64,000 nucleotides of DNA from an uncultured Pelagibacteraceae bacterium (GTDB taxonomy: Bacteria; Pseudomonadota; Alphaproteobacteria; Pelagibacterales; Pelagibacteraceae): positions 45,266 to 109,265 of the forward strand of contig CACAYA010000001.1 in assembly GCA_902536575.1 (NCBI GenBank), in the 5' to 3' direction. Within the stretch, counting starts at the first letter, position 1, and the number at the start of each line of letters is the position of its first letter. A program made the position numbers and the translations under genes. Shown here one piece after another: positions 52,104 to 62,081 of this stretch. A model generated the notes under the pieces. The model did not search any database. It saw only the letters and a program-made list of their open reading frames with translations, and was not told the DNA's origin.

Positions 52104-54110
52104 TTAATTTATAGGCCAAGGCAATTCAATATAACCTTGTAAAATTCCTGGAGGAAAATCCATTATCATAAAATGAGAAATTGCTGCGAGAGCGATCCAT
52201 ACACCGATTGAACTAATTAAACTAAATCTAAAACTTGCTCTTGCAATTTTTGATAAAAAAATAAAAACAAACAAACCAATAGATATATAAAATCCTACAA
52301 TTACTGATAAAAATAATGGAGAGATAAACCAGAAAATAGTTAGCCACTGACTTCTAATTTCTGTATTTTCCAAAAGTAAATTTTCTGCATCGTGGAATAC
52401 CTTTGAGCCAGATTTACTTACAAACATTTGAATTCCTATAACTACACAGAATAAAAACATAAACAGACCAACGCTAATTGGAAATATTTTACCTAAATAT
52501 TGTAAATGGTCTGTTACAAATATTGTATAAACAGATATTACTGACAATAAAATTAAAAAAACCCATTGCGGTCTAGATTTAGCATTGAGTATATCTGATT
52601 TAGTATTAGCTATTTTGTCTTTTTTATTAATTATTTTAATTCCTGAATAAATTGAAAAAGCAGATATCAAAATTAAAACTAAAAAAATCGGTCTAATAAA
52701 AAGCTCAGAAAAAGTATAAAATTGCATTGTCTGATACAAGTATGTTTCAATACTATCGCTTAAGACAAAACCAATCATTAAAGCAACCCTAGAATAATCA
52801 AATCGTTTCATATAAACAGCAATTACTCCAATAAAAGTTGCAAATATCAAATCACCCCATGATCTTGTTGAGTTAAAAATTGCAAATAATATTAATGAAA
52901 TTAAAAATGGTGCAAGAATTGTGAAATTTATAGTTGTTAACTGTGAAATTGGTTTAGCCATTGCTACACAAATTATTGCGCCAAATATATTAGCAACTGC
53001 TAATGACCAAATTATTGTGTAAATTAGATCTAGTTGAGTATCCACCATTGTTATGCCTGGATCAACACCTAGTAATATTAATCCACCCATTAAAATTGCA
53101 GTTCCACCAGATCCAGGAATTCCAAATAATAATGTGGGTATTAGTGCTCCACCTTCTTTGGAATTAGAACTAGATTCAGGTCCAATAACACCTCTGATGT
53201 CACCTTTTCCAAAATTTTCATTGTTTTTTACAGTTGTTTTTGCATGACTATAACTTATCCAGTCTATACAAGATCCTCCAATACCAGGTATCAAACCAAT
53301 AAGACTTCCAATAAAAGAACACCTTAGTACTAAAAACTTGTTACTTAAAAAATCTCTTAAACCTTTAAACCATCCAGATTTTTCTAACTCTGCTTTTTCA
53401 GATACAGCTTTATTTGATCTCAAAAGTTCTACAATTTCAGGGAACGCAAAGATAGAAATTGCAACCACCATCAAATGGATACCTCCTCCTAAATACATTA
53501 CAACAGGGTTTTGAACCTCTAATATCGTGCTAAAATCTAGTCTATATTCAGAACTTGCTGGTGAAATACCTATACAACCAATTATCATTCCAAGACATGC
53601 TGCAACTAATCCTTTGAAAATACTTGATCCGGTTAATGTTCCAACAACTGATATTCCAAAAATTGCCAACATTAACATCTCACCAGTTCCAAAAGCTAAA
53701 ATAATTGGTTTTGCAATTTGTATAACCATGGTGAGTAGAATTGCTCCAAAAAGCCCACCAAACAAAGATGAAAAAAAAGCAGCTGACAACGCTCTTGCTG
53801 CTTGTCCCTTTTTAGCTAAAGGAAAACCGTCCATAACTGTTGCTTGTGCAGAAACTGAACCTGGAACTCCTATTAAAACTGCTGGAAAAGTATCGGAAGT
53901 TGCAACAACCGATAATAATCCCATCATCATTGCTATTCCTGAAATTGGTTCCATTCCAAAGACAAATGGAAGTAACAAAGACAACCCTACGGTTCCACCA
54001 AATCCTGGAATTACTCCAACTACTAAACCAATTAAAACACCGAGAATTAGAAAAAATAATGACGGACCTGAAACAATAGTAGCAAGTGCAGCAAATAATG
54101 CTTCAAACAT
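52104..54110 (-). CDS. Tripartite tricarboxylate transporter TctA fused to C-terminal TctB-like domain
   Basis: GVIPGFG, GPESSSNS, IPTLLFGIPGS; about 150 extra aa with 4-5 TM ending DFPPGIL; start MFEALF (ORF-track start lies within the terminator). Confidence 0.88.
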   Translation of the reverse strand: MFEALFAALATIVSGPSLFFLILGVLIGLVVGVIPGFGGTVGLSLLLPFVFGMEPISGIAMMMGLLSVVATSDTFPAVLIGVPGSVSAQATVMDGFPLAKKGQAARALSAAFFSSLFGGLFGAILLTMVIQIAKPIILAFGTGEMLMLAIFGISVVGTLTGSSIFKGLVAACLGMIIGCIGISPASSEYRLDFSTILEVQNPVVMYLGGGIHLMVVAISIFAFPEIVELLRSNKAVSEKAELEKSGWFKGLRDFLSNKFLVLRCSFIGSLIGLIPGIGGSCIDWISYSHAKTTVKNNENFGKGDIRGVIGPESSSNSKEGGALIPTLLFGIPGSGGTAILMGGLILLGVDPGITMVDTQLDLIYTIIWSLAVANIFGAIICVAMAKPISQLTTINFTILAPFLISLILFAIFNSTRSWGDLIFATFIGVIAVYMKRFDYSRVALMIGFVLSDSIETYLYQTMQFYTFSELFIRPIFLVLILISAFSIYSGIKIINKKDKIANTKSDILNAKSRPQWVFLILLSVISVYTIFVTDHLQYLGKIFPISVGLFMFLFCVVIGIQMFVSKSGSKVFHDAENLLLENTEIRSQWLTIFWFISPLFLSVIVGFYISIGLFVFIFLSKIARASFRFSLISSIGVWIALAAISHFMIMDFPPGILQGYIELPWPIN

Positions 54111-54126
54111 AATTTTTATATCATAT

Positions 54127-54157
54127 AAAAAAAAAGGGGGCATGGCCCCCTTTTTTT
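54127..54157. terminator. Intrinsic (bidirectional-type) terminator between tctC and tctA
   Basis: A9-GGGGGC-ATG-GCCCCC-T7. Confidence 0.8.
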
Positions 54158-54176
54158 AATTAATTGAATTAAGCTT

Positions 54177-55238
54177 TTACTTGGTATCTTTCCAAGATTG
54201 TAAGAATTTTTCAGACTTACTGTCTATAGAAGTAGCTTTTTTTAGTGCAGATTTTAAAGCTTTAGAACCAGTAACTTGATCATACTTACCTAGTTTTTTG
54301 TTTAAAACTTTCATTGCCGCTGGATCATTTACAATTGCTGCCGCAGCACTCTGCCAAGCTTTAACAACATCTTTTTTAGCTGATTTAGGAAGCATCACAT
54401 ATTTTTGTGTTGCAAAACCAGCATAAAATAATGCTGTCCAAGATTTAGCTTCTGTTCCTTTAAATTTATTTCCTGTTACCGCTTCATAAACTTCTGGAAA
54501 TGCTGGAAGATCTGGAAAGTTAGGATCTCTCTCAACTTTACCACCAACTGGTGCTCCCCAAGTCATTATCGGAACCATTTCTCCTTTTTCTACTAAAGGT
54601 CTTACATGTTTTAAATATGATGCTGTAGTTTGATAATCAACTGTTGTTTCACCTCGTAAGATTGCTGCTCTTCCTGCTTTTCTTCCTTTCATGCCATATA
54701 CAACATTTACGTCTACACCCATCATGTCGAACGCTAAAATTGGAACAGCATCTAAAGAAGTTTTCCCTTGAGACCCATAAACAAGTTTAGAACTTTTAAA
54801 TTTATCGAAGTCTTTTATTATATCAGTTACTCCCATTTCTTTTCTAACATAAACAACTCCGCCTGTACCACTTGCAAAAATTGGAACCATATTTTTATAG
54901 TTGTATCTTACTCTTTCATCTTTAAAGATAAATGGCATTTGAACTGATCCAGACGTTCCGAATACAACCATACCATCTTTATCTTTTCCATGTTCAGCAA
55001 AATATTTATTTGATGCACCGATAGCTTTTCCATCAGTTACGTTTTTTACAACTACTGTAGGATTGCCTGGTAAGTTTGCACTAAACGCAGGTCCGATTGC
55101 TCTAGCCCATGTATCAGAACCACCACCTGCTTTAAATGGTATCCACATAGTTACGGTCTTTCCAGTATAGTCTACTGCTAATGCAGCAGTAACTGAAAAC
55201 AACGAGGCAGCTAAAACTGCTAGTATTTTTTTTAACAT
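54177..55238 (-). CDS. TTT substrate-binding protein (TctC/Bug)
   Basis: Signal peptide; IPFKAGGGSDTWAR, LPGNPTVVVKN. Confidence 0.88.
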   Translation of the reverse strand: MLKKILAVLAASLFSVTAALAVDYTGKTVTMWIPFKAGGGSDTWARAIGPAFSANLPGNPTVVVKNVTDGKAIGASNKYFAEHGKDKDGMVVFGTSGSVQMPFIFKDERVRYNYKNMVPIFASGTGGVVYVRKEMGVTDIIKDFDKFKSSKLVYGSQGKTSLDAVPILAFDMMGVDVNVVYGMKGRKAGRAAILRGETTVDYQTTASYLKHVRPLVEKGEMVPIMTWGAPVGGKVERDPNFPDLPAFPEVYEAVTGNKFKGTEAKSWTALFYAGFATQKYVMLPKSAKKDVVKAWQSAAAAIVNDPAAMKVLNKKLGKYDQVTGSKALKSALKKATSIDSKSEKFLQSWKDTK

Positions 55239-55394
55239 TTATTATCCCCTGTTATTAATTTAAATTTAGAAAAAGTTAGATGTATTTTTTGTAACTTTCA
55301 ATAGTAATTTTTGGTATTAAATATTCCAACAAATTACCAACGACTTTATATATTTGATGTACTTTGAACATTTTTTGTATTAAAAAATTTTATA

Positions 55395-56474
55395 ATGAGT
55401 GATCAAATTAAAATACCTTGTATGTTTATGAGAGGTGGTACTTCAAGAGGGCCGTATTTTTTAAAAAAAGATTTACCTGAGGATACATCAAAAAGAGATA
55501 AAATTCTACTAGCAGTTATGGGCTCACCTGATATTAGGCAAATTGATGGATTAGGTGGTGCTGAACCAGTCAAAAGTAAAGTAGCTATTATAGATAAGTC
55601 GAAAGAGGATGGAATAGATGTTGATTATTATTTTGCTCAAGTAAAAATTGATGAGCCAATTGTAGATACTAAACCTTCATGTGGAAATATTTTAGTTGGG
55701 GTTGGGCCTTATGCAATTGAGAAAGGTTTAGTTAAAGCAAAAAATGGAGAAACCTCAGTCATAGTGAGAGATAAAAATACTGGTATGAAAATAGAGCAAA
55801 TAGTTAAAACACCTAATAAAATAGTACAGTATGAAGGTGATTGCTTTATAGATGGAGTTCCAACACCTGGCTCACCTATAAAATTAAAATTTTTAAATAT
55901 TATTGGCTCACAAACAAAAAAATTATTTCCAACTGGTAATTCACTTGACCAAATTGATGGAATTAATTTCACTCTTATCGATTGTGCAGTTCCTATGGTA
56001 ATCTTTAAAAGTTCTGAATTAGGATTAAAGGACAATGAAACTTTTGAGAAATTGGATGGTGATAAAAATCTTATAAATAGGATGGACTCTATAAGAATAA
56101 AGATCGCTAAAGAAGTTGGCTTAGGTGATGTAGCAAATTCTGTAATCCCTAAAACCGCAATTGTAAATAATTCTGACTCGGCAGACATAAGCTCAAGATA
56201 CTTTATGCCATGGAATTGTCATCCAGCTTACGCGGTAACAGGATCAATGGCTTTATTAGCTGCGTGTAAATCAAAAAATACTGTTTGTTCAGAATTTTAT
56301 AGTAACTTTTCCGAAAGAGGGCCTTTTACACTTGAACACCCTTCTGGTTTATTAAAAATTGATTATGAGGTTAACTATAAAAATGAGATGATAGAAGACA
56401 TAAAAGTTACTACAACAAGAAGTGCAAGACTAATAATGTCTGGAGATGTTTTTGTTAAAAAAAGTTTACTATAA
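55395..56474 (+). CDS. PrpF/4-oxalomesaconate tautomerase family isomerase
   Basis: MRGGTSRG, QIDGLGG, SKVAI, CGNI, HPAYAVTG, EHPSG. Confidence 0.88.
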   Translation: MSDQIKIPCMFMRGGTSRGPYFLKKDLPEDTSKRDKILLAVMGSPDIRQIDGLGGAEPVKSKVAIIDKSKEDGIDVDYYFAQVKIDEPIVDTKPSCGNILVGVGPYAIEKGLVKAKNGETSVIVRDKNTGMKIEQIVKTPNKIVQYEGDCFIDGVPTPGSPIKLKFLNIIGSQTKKLFPTGNSLDQIDGINFTLIDCAVPMVIFKSSELGLKDNETFEKLDGDKNLINRMDSIRIKIAKEVGLGDVANSVIPKTAIVNNSDSADISSRYFMPWNCHPAYAVTGSMALLAACKSKNTVCSEFYSNFSERGPFTLEHPSGLLKIDYEVNYKNEMIEDIKVTTTRSARLIMSGDVFVKKSLL

Positions 56475-56483
56475 TTTTTAAAC

Positions 56484-57431
56484 TTAATTTTCACTTAGAG
56501 ATCTAATTAATTTTTCAAATACTTTTTCAGCAGATAATTTTGACAAATCACTTACTTGAATAGCTTTAAAATTTTCCCTCTCTATACTTACTTTATAAGC
56601 TGTTGTGTGTGCACCAAATAAAGCAATTCCTTTTGATCCTAAATGAGCTGTCATATGAGCAGGACCAGTATCATTTGCAACAACAAAAGAGCTATCTTTT
56701 ATCAATGCTGCTAACTGCGAAATATCCAAAGCTTTATCTTTATCTAAAACACACAATGCATTCATACTTGATGCTTCTTCAATTTCATCTGGTCCAGGTG
56801 CTACTACTACTTTAAATTTTTTTTCTGCTCTTTCATTTATCATAGAAATTAAATTATTATAATATGGCCACTTCTTAAATTTTAAATGAGGTGAACAAAA
56901 GGGAAAAAGAATAATATATTTTTCAAGTTGATAATAATTTTTTATTTCAGAAATTTCTGATGTACTCCAGGAAAAATTAGGGATTAAAGTATGGATAGTA
57001 TTAATTCCAGAACTTTTTAATTGATGATCAAATCTAGATAATACTGAGTCTTTATCAAAATCTTGCTTTGTAGTACCTTCAGGTAATGTTGTATATGTAG
57101 ATGACCACACTTCTTTTGTTGCCTTAGGAAATAATATTTTTTTATAAAAAGATGTTCTGCTAGAGTTTTGAAGATCGTAAATTTTGGTGAATTTAAATTT
57201 CTTAATATTTTTCATCAATGAATATAAATAAAAGAGATTAAATCTTGATAATCGCTTATCTAAAATTACATTAGAAACATATGGATTTTTTTTAAATAAA
57301 TCAAAAAATGGTTTTGTTGTTAATAAATACACTTCATCATCCTTGTGATTTTCAGAAATATCTTGAATTGCTCCACATGCTTGCACTATATCACCCAATG
57401 AACCATGTTTAATGATTAAAATATTAGACAT
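56484..57431 (-). CDS. GT9 family (ADP-heptose:LPS heptosyltransferase-like) glycosyltransferase
   Basis: IKHGSLGD, YDLQ, KKWP, ANDTGPAHM. Confidence 0.88.
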   Translation of the reverse strand: MSNILIIKHGSLGDIVQACGAIQDISENHKDDEVYLLTTKPFFDLFKKNPYVSNVILDKRLSRFNLFYLYSLMKNIKKFKFTKIYDLQNSSRTSFYKKILFPKATKEVWSSTYTTLPEGTTKQDFDKDSVLSRFDHQLKSSGINTIHTLIPNFSWSTSEISEIKNYYQLEKYIILFPFCSPHLKFKKWPYYNNLISMINERAEKKFKVVVAPGPDEIEEASSMNALCVLDKDKALDISQLAALIKDSSFVVANDTGPAHMTAHLGSKGIALFGAHTTAYKVSIERENFKAIQVSDLSKLSAEKVFEKLIRSLSEN

Positions 57432-57463
57432 ATTTTTAACAACTTAACATAGTATATTTTTTT

Positions 57464-57853
57464 ATGAATAAAATTCTAATTGAAGTATCTGTTGGTGAGT
57501 TGTTAGACAAAATTTCTATCCTCGAGATTAAACAAGAAAAAATCAAAAAAACTGAAAAATTAAAATTTATTAACGAAGAACACTCGATTCTTAAAGATCA
57601 ATTAAATAAAAATGTAAAATCTAATCAAAAGCTAAATGAACTTTTTGAAACATTAAAAAAAATTAATGCAAAATTATGGATAATAGAGGATGATAAAAGA
57701 CAATGTGAAAAAGATAAAGATTTTAAAGAAAAATTTATCAAACTTTCAAGAGATGTTCATTTTCTTAATGATGAACGAGCTAAAATTAAATTAGAAATTA
57801 ATAACCTTACTGGTTCAAAAATTAAAGAAATTAAAGAATATACTAATTATTAA
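57464..57853 (+). CDS. DUF6165-like protein
   Basis: VSVGELLDKISILEIK, LWIIED, NDERAKIK, KEY. Confidence 0.75.
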   Translation: MNKILIEVSVGELLDKISILEIKQEKIKKTEKLKFINEEHSILKDQLNKNVKSNQKLNELFETLKKINAKLWIIEDDKRQCEKDKDFKEKFIKLSRDVHFLNDERAKIKLEINNLTGSKIKEIKEYTNY

Positions 57854-57862
57854 TCTCTTTAA

Positions 57863-58690
57863 TTAAAATTTACCTTTTTTGTTTGAACCATTATAAAAAA
57901 TTTTTGATAACTCTTTATTTGCTTTGTTCTGAGAAATAATTTCATTTTTACCCATAAGTGTTAAGGGTATTTCAGAATATTCATGATAATTATACTTGTC
58001 TTCACCTCTTGCTTTTTGAACATACATTTTTCCTATAACCTGCTTAACATTAGTGCCAATATAACTTTGAATAACAAAGCCAATTCTTCTGTCATCACTA
58101 TTGTTTAACCCTGAACCATGAACAATTAAAGGGTGGTGTAATGATATTTCTCCTGCTTTAAGAACTATAGGATCTGTTTTATCCAAAGAAACATCTTTAA
58201 TTGTTTGACCACGCGTTAACAAATTATTTTTATCAAATTTTTCCTCATGAAATTTTAAATTTTCTTTATGAGAGCCTGGTAACATTCTCATACAACCATT
58301 GTTTTCGTTTGTGTCAGTAACTGCAAGCCAAACTGTAACCCAATTATGAGGCTCCAAACCTATGTATTTTGCGTCTTGATGAAAACTAACAAATCCTTTT
58401 TCCTTTTTTTCTTTTATAAAAAGCGTAGTACCACAAATAAGTATATTCTTCCCAATGATACTCTCAACTGCGTCTAGGATATTTTTATTTAAACAAACTT
58501 TATTTAATACAGGTGAAATTAAATGAACATAATTACGATTAATTCCCTCTAAAGCACCTGGCCAATTTTTTTCAATTTTTTCAATTTCATTTCTTATCTC
58601 CTTTGCTTCATTAGAGGTTAAAGCACTTAATGGAGAGATATATCCTTTACTTCTATAATGACTTATTTGATCTGTACTAAACATCGTCAT
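57863..58690 (-). CDS. Phytanoyl-CoA dioxygenase (PhyH) family Fe(II)/2OG oxygenase
   Basis: FHQD (HxD), VWLA, NGCMRMLPGSH, HGSGLN.SDDRR. Confidence 0.88.
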   Translation of the reverse strand: MTMFSTDQISHYRSKGYISPLSALTSNEAKEIRNEIEKIEKNWPGALEGINRNYVHLISPVLNKVCLNKNILDAVESIIGKNILICGTTLFIKEKKEKGFVSFHQDAKYIGLEPHNWVTVWLAVTDTNENNGCMRMLPGSHKENLKFHEEKFDKNNLLTRGQTIKDVSLDKTDPIVLKAGEISLHHPLIVHGSGLNNSDDRRIGFVIQSYIGTNVKQVIGKMYVQKARGEDKYNYHEYSEIPLTLMGKNEIISQNKANKELSKIFYNGSNKKGKF

Positions 58691-59364
58691 TGAGAAAAAC
58701 TATATTTTTTTTCTAAATATTTAATAAAGTTATGGATAATAAAAGTCATAAATAAATATATTCCACCAGCAACAATAAATACTTCTATTGGTTTAAATGT
58801 TGTCGATATTATATATTTTGCTACACCAGTTAAATCCATTAATGTTACTGTACTTGCTAGAGATGTTCCCTTCATCATTAATATAATTTCATTTCCATAA
58901 GCTGGAAGAGATTGTCTAATAGCAATTGGAATTTGTATTTTATAAAAAATAATTTTATTCGATATTCCTAGGCTTTTACCAGCTTCAATTATTTCTGGCT
59001 TTATTGTTTGAAATGCTGACCTTAATATTTCTGATGTATAGGCGCCAGTATTTAAAGTAAAAGCTATGATTGCACACCAATAAGGCTCTTTTAAAATAAC
59101 CCACAAAAAAGACGACCTTAAATATTCAATTTGTCCTAATCCAAAATAAATTATGAAAATTTGAACTAGTAAAGGAGTTCCTCTAAACAAATAAGAATAT
59201 CCATAAGCAAATTTATTTATAAAAATATTTTTATTTAATCTTAAGATTGCAAATAAAAACCCAATGATTAACCCAAAAAATAGTGATGCAGATAATAATT
59301 TTAAAGTTACAACAGTTGCGCCTAAAAGTTTAGGAAAACTAGTGAACATTAAATCAAAATCCAT
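58687..59364 (-). CDS. Polar amino-acid ABC permease (HisM/OccM-like)
   Basis: FRGTPLLVQ, AYTSEILR, IEAGKSLG. Confidence 0.9.
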   Translation of the reverse strand: MDFDLMFTSFPKLLGATVVTLKLLSASLFFGLIIGFLFAILRLNKNIFINKFAYGYSYLFRGTPLLVQIFIIYFGLGQIEYLRSSFLWVILKEPYWCAIIAFTLNTGAYTSEILRSAFQTIKPEIIEAGKSLGISNKIIFYKIQIPIAIRQSLPAYGNEIILMMKGTSLASTVTLMDLTGVAKYIISTTFKPIEVFIVAGGIYLFMTFIIHNFIKYLEKKYSFSQ

Positions 59365-60056
59365 TAATATCCCCTGCTATACTTAATCTCTAATCTGTTA
59401 ATAATTTTCATACTGATATAAGTGAGCATCAGATACAAAATTGCTGCAAAACAATAAAAGAACAAAGGATCCCTTGTAGAGCCTGCTGCAATGTAGGATT
59501 GTCTCATAATTTCTACAAGTCCGGTCACAGAAATTAAAGATGTATCTTTTAAAGTAATTTGCCAAACGTTACTTAAGTTTGGAATCGCTAGTCTTAGCAT
59601 TTGAGGCAAAATAATTTTAAAAAAGTAAATATATTTATTAAATCCTAAAACTTTTGCAGCTTCAAACTGACCTTTATCAATTGATTGTAGCGCTCCTCTA
59701 AATACTTCAGTCGAGTATGCTCCCGATATTATCCCTATTGAAAATGAACCAGTTAAAAAAGCGTTAATTTCTATATAATCGTTATAACCAAATATTGAAG
59801 CAACAAACATAATTGCTCCACTTCCACCAAAGAAAAATAAATAAATTACAAGAAGCTCTGGTACACCTCTAATAACTGTAGTGTATGCATTACCAATTGT
59901 GTTTAAAATTTTATTATTAGATAATTTTAATGGAGTAATTAAAGCAGCAAATATAAAGCCTATTATCATTGCGGTTATTGAAACCGCAATTGTCATTAAG
60001 GTTGCAAATAATAACTCGTCTCCCCAACCCTTATCACCAAAATATAGAAGTTCCAT
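59364..60056 (-). CDS. Polar amino-acid ABC permease (HisQ/OccQ-like)
   Basis: YTTVIRGVPEL, AYSTEVFRGA, GQFEAA, LKDTSL. Confidence 0.9.
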   Translation of the reverse strand: MELLYFGDKGWGDELLFATLMTIAVSITAMIIGFIFAALITPLKLSNNKILNTIGNAYTTVIRGVPELLVIYLFFFGGSGAIMFVASIFGYNDYIEINAFLTGSFSIGIISGAYSTEVFRGALQSIDKGQFEAAKVLGFNKYIYFFKIILPQMLRLAIPNLSNVWQITLKDTSLISVTGLVEIMRQSYIAAGSTRDPLFFYCFAAILYLMLTYISMKIINRLEIKYSRGY

Positions 60057-60062
60057 AATATA

Positions 60063-60082
60063 GGTGGCTAATTATAGCCACC
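60063..60082 (-). promoter_or_regulatory. Intercistronic hairpin between binding-protein and permease genes
   Basis: GGTGGCTA-ATTA-TAGCCACC perfect 8-bp stem just upstream of the permease ATG. Confidence 0.65.
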
Positions 60083-60095
60083 CATAAATAATTTA

Positions 60096-60923
60096 TTACA
60101 TAGAAGCGTCAAAACCAAAATGTTTTATAGCAAGCTTGCTAATAATGCCATCATCTCTAGCTTTATCAATTGCTGCATTAAAATCATTTAAAAGTTTAGA
60201 GTCACCTTTTCTAATACCTACACCAACACCATTACCAAAATCTCCACCTGCAAATGTTGGTCCCGTTAATACAACTCCTTTACCAGATTTTTCTGCATAA
60301 TCTGTAAAAGCAACTGCTGCAGCTAGTGCTGCATCTATTCTACCAGCAGATAAATCTAAGTTTACCTCATCTTGAGTTTTGTAAGTTCTAATTTTTACAT
60401 TACCCATTAAACCAGACTCTAAGAAGTTTTGGTGAATTGTTGCTGTTTGCACACCAATAGTTTTACCTTTAAATGCTTTGTTCAAAACATCTAGTGTTGC
60501 TTGTTCATCAGCACTTACGTCAGATAAATTTATAGCTGACAATGTTTTAAGGCCTTCGTTTTTCGATCCTTTCATAACAGCTAACGACGCAACTTCATCC
60601 GCATAACCTTGAGAGAAGTTTATTGTTTTCATTCTCTCGCCAGTTATTGACATTCCAGCCATAATGGCATCAAATTTTCTTGAGACTAAAGCTGGTATCA
60701 TTCCATCCCAATCTTGCTCTACAATAGTGCAATCATGATTCATAATTTTACATAATTCATTTGCTAATTCGACTTCAAAGCCAATCAAATTTCCCGCTGA
60801 GTCTTTAGAATTCCAAGGTGGATATGCACCTTCGGTTCCTATTTTAATTTGATCTGCAATAGAAGAAATTGTTAGAAATGACGATATTAATATACCAAGT
60901 CCTAATACTTTTAATTTTTTCAT
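60096..60923 (-). CDS. Polar amino-acid ABC substrate-binding protein (ArgT/HisJ/OccT family)
   Basis: IGTEGAYPPWN, QDWDGMIPAL, MSITGER, GVGVGIRK. Confidence 0.92.
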   Translation of the reverse strand: MKKLKVLGLGILISSFLTISSIADQIKIGTEGAYPPWNSKDSAGNLIGFEVELANELCKIMNHDCTIVEQDWDGMIPALVSRKFDAIMAGMSITGERMKTINFSQGYADEVASLAVMKGSKNEGLKTLSAINLSDVSADEQATLDVLNKAFKGKTIGVQTATIHQNFLESGLMGNVKIRTYKTQDEVNLDLSAGRIDAALAAAVAFTDYAEKSGKGVVLTGPTFAGGDFGNGVGVGIRKGDSKLLNDFNAAIDKARDDGIISKLAIKHFGFDASM

Positions 60924-60982
60924 TTTTTTCCTCCAAAAATTTTAAGGATTATTTCATAAAATTATTGTTTTAAAAAGAAAAA

Positions 60983-62023
60983 TTAATGATTTATTGAGGA
61001 GGAAAAATTCCAAGAACAATCAAAACTAGGTATGTATACTCTTGACAATTTTGTATTTCCAAAATTTTGATTAAAAACATTCTGCCAATTTTCAACCTGT
61101 TGTGGTTTTTTATCTTGGCTACCAACTTGTGCGGTAATAACTCCTTTAGGTTTTAAAATTCTTACTAACGAATCCATGTTCTTCGATGCTAAATCTATGC
61201 AAAATTGATCATCGTTTAAATCTACATAGATGTGATCGTAAGTATCATCTCTTACAGACTTAATGCTTTCAAAAGCGTCACCCCAAACACACTTAACAGA
61301 ATTTTTCTCTGTTGCTTTTTTACCAATATCTCCAAGATGTTTATTACATACATCAACAACCTCGGGATCTAGTTCATACCAATCTATAAAGTTGAAATTT
61401 TTTGAAATACATTCTCTTGCAACCCCACCATCGCCACCACCAATTATTGCGGCTCTTTCATTTTTTTTATTTAGATTTAAACCAGAACCTACAAAAGTTG
61501 AGCTATATAAATATTCGTCTGTGGTTGCTACTTGGATTTCACCATCAATAAAGAGAGATTTTCCAAATTGTTCTAATTCCAGAATTTCAATATGTTGCCC
61601 TACTTTTGATTTAAAATCTTCCAAAATATCTTTTACCACATATGATTTCTGTAGACCTGGTGAGCTATAAATATCATGATAAAGAGATTTGGTATCTCTA
61701 TTAAACTCTTTTTTAACTATTCTTGTATGTTCAAATTCCTTTTTAATAATTTCTGTGGCAACAGAAGGATTTATCTTTCCGCATGTAAAAAAATCAAAGC
61801 TAATTATTCCTTTCTCAGGAAAAGTATGAAAGCTAATATGGCTCTCTGCTAACAAGGCTAAAATTGTAAAACCTTGCGGTTCAAACTTATATTTGGAAAC
61901 ATTAAGTATTTTAACTTTTGCAGCTTTAGCTATATCGTAAATTACTTTTTCGAAAACAGACGGGTCATACTCCTTGGTAGTTCCTATAATATCTAGAGTT
62001 ATATGTTCACCAACTTTAGTCAT
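60983..62023 (-). CDS. Fused S-adenosylmethionine decarboxylase / spermidine synthase (SpeD-SpeE)
   Basis: N-half FEPQG..LAESHISFHTFPE..FTCG (pyruvoyl ESH); C-half QHIEI..FG..LFIDGEIQ, IIGGGDGG, ELDPEVV. Confidence 0.9.
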   Translation of the reverse strand: MTKVGEHITLDIIGTTKEYDPSVFEKVIYDIAKAAKVKILNVSKYKFEPQGFTILALLAESHISFHTFPEKGIISFDFFTCGKINPSVATEIIKKEFEHTRIVKKEFNRDTKSLYHDIYSSPGLQKSYVVKDILEDFKSKVGQHIEILELEQFGKSLFIDGEIQVATTDEYLYSSTFVGSGLNLNKKNERAAIIGGGDGGVARECISKNFNFIDWYELDPEVVDVCNKHLGDIGKKATEKNSVKCVWGDAFESIKSVRDDTYDHIYVDLNDDQFCIDLASKNMDSLVRILKPKGVITAQVGSQDKKPQQVENWQNVFNQNFGNTKLSRVYIPSFDCSWNFSSSINH

Positions 62024-62081
62024 TTATCTCCTGATTTTGAGGTCTTTGATATAGATATTGTTTTTATTTTCAATTAAAAAA

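Noticed and set aside
54111-54143. ORF-track N-terminus MPPFF for tctA
   Set aside because: That ATG lies in the terminator hairpin; MFEALF at 54110 is more plausible.
53527-54159. 210-aa + strand ORF
   Set aside because: Antisense shadow of the hydrophobic tctA gene; no motifs. The same applies to the other short antisense or overlapping ORFs in the track (e.g. 8524-8964, 55709-56188, 48220-48624, 61263-61670).
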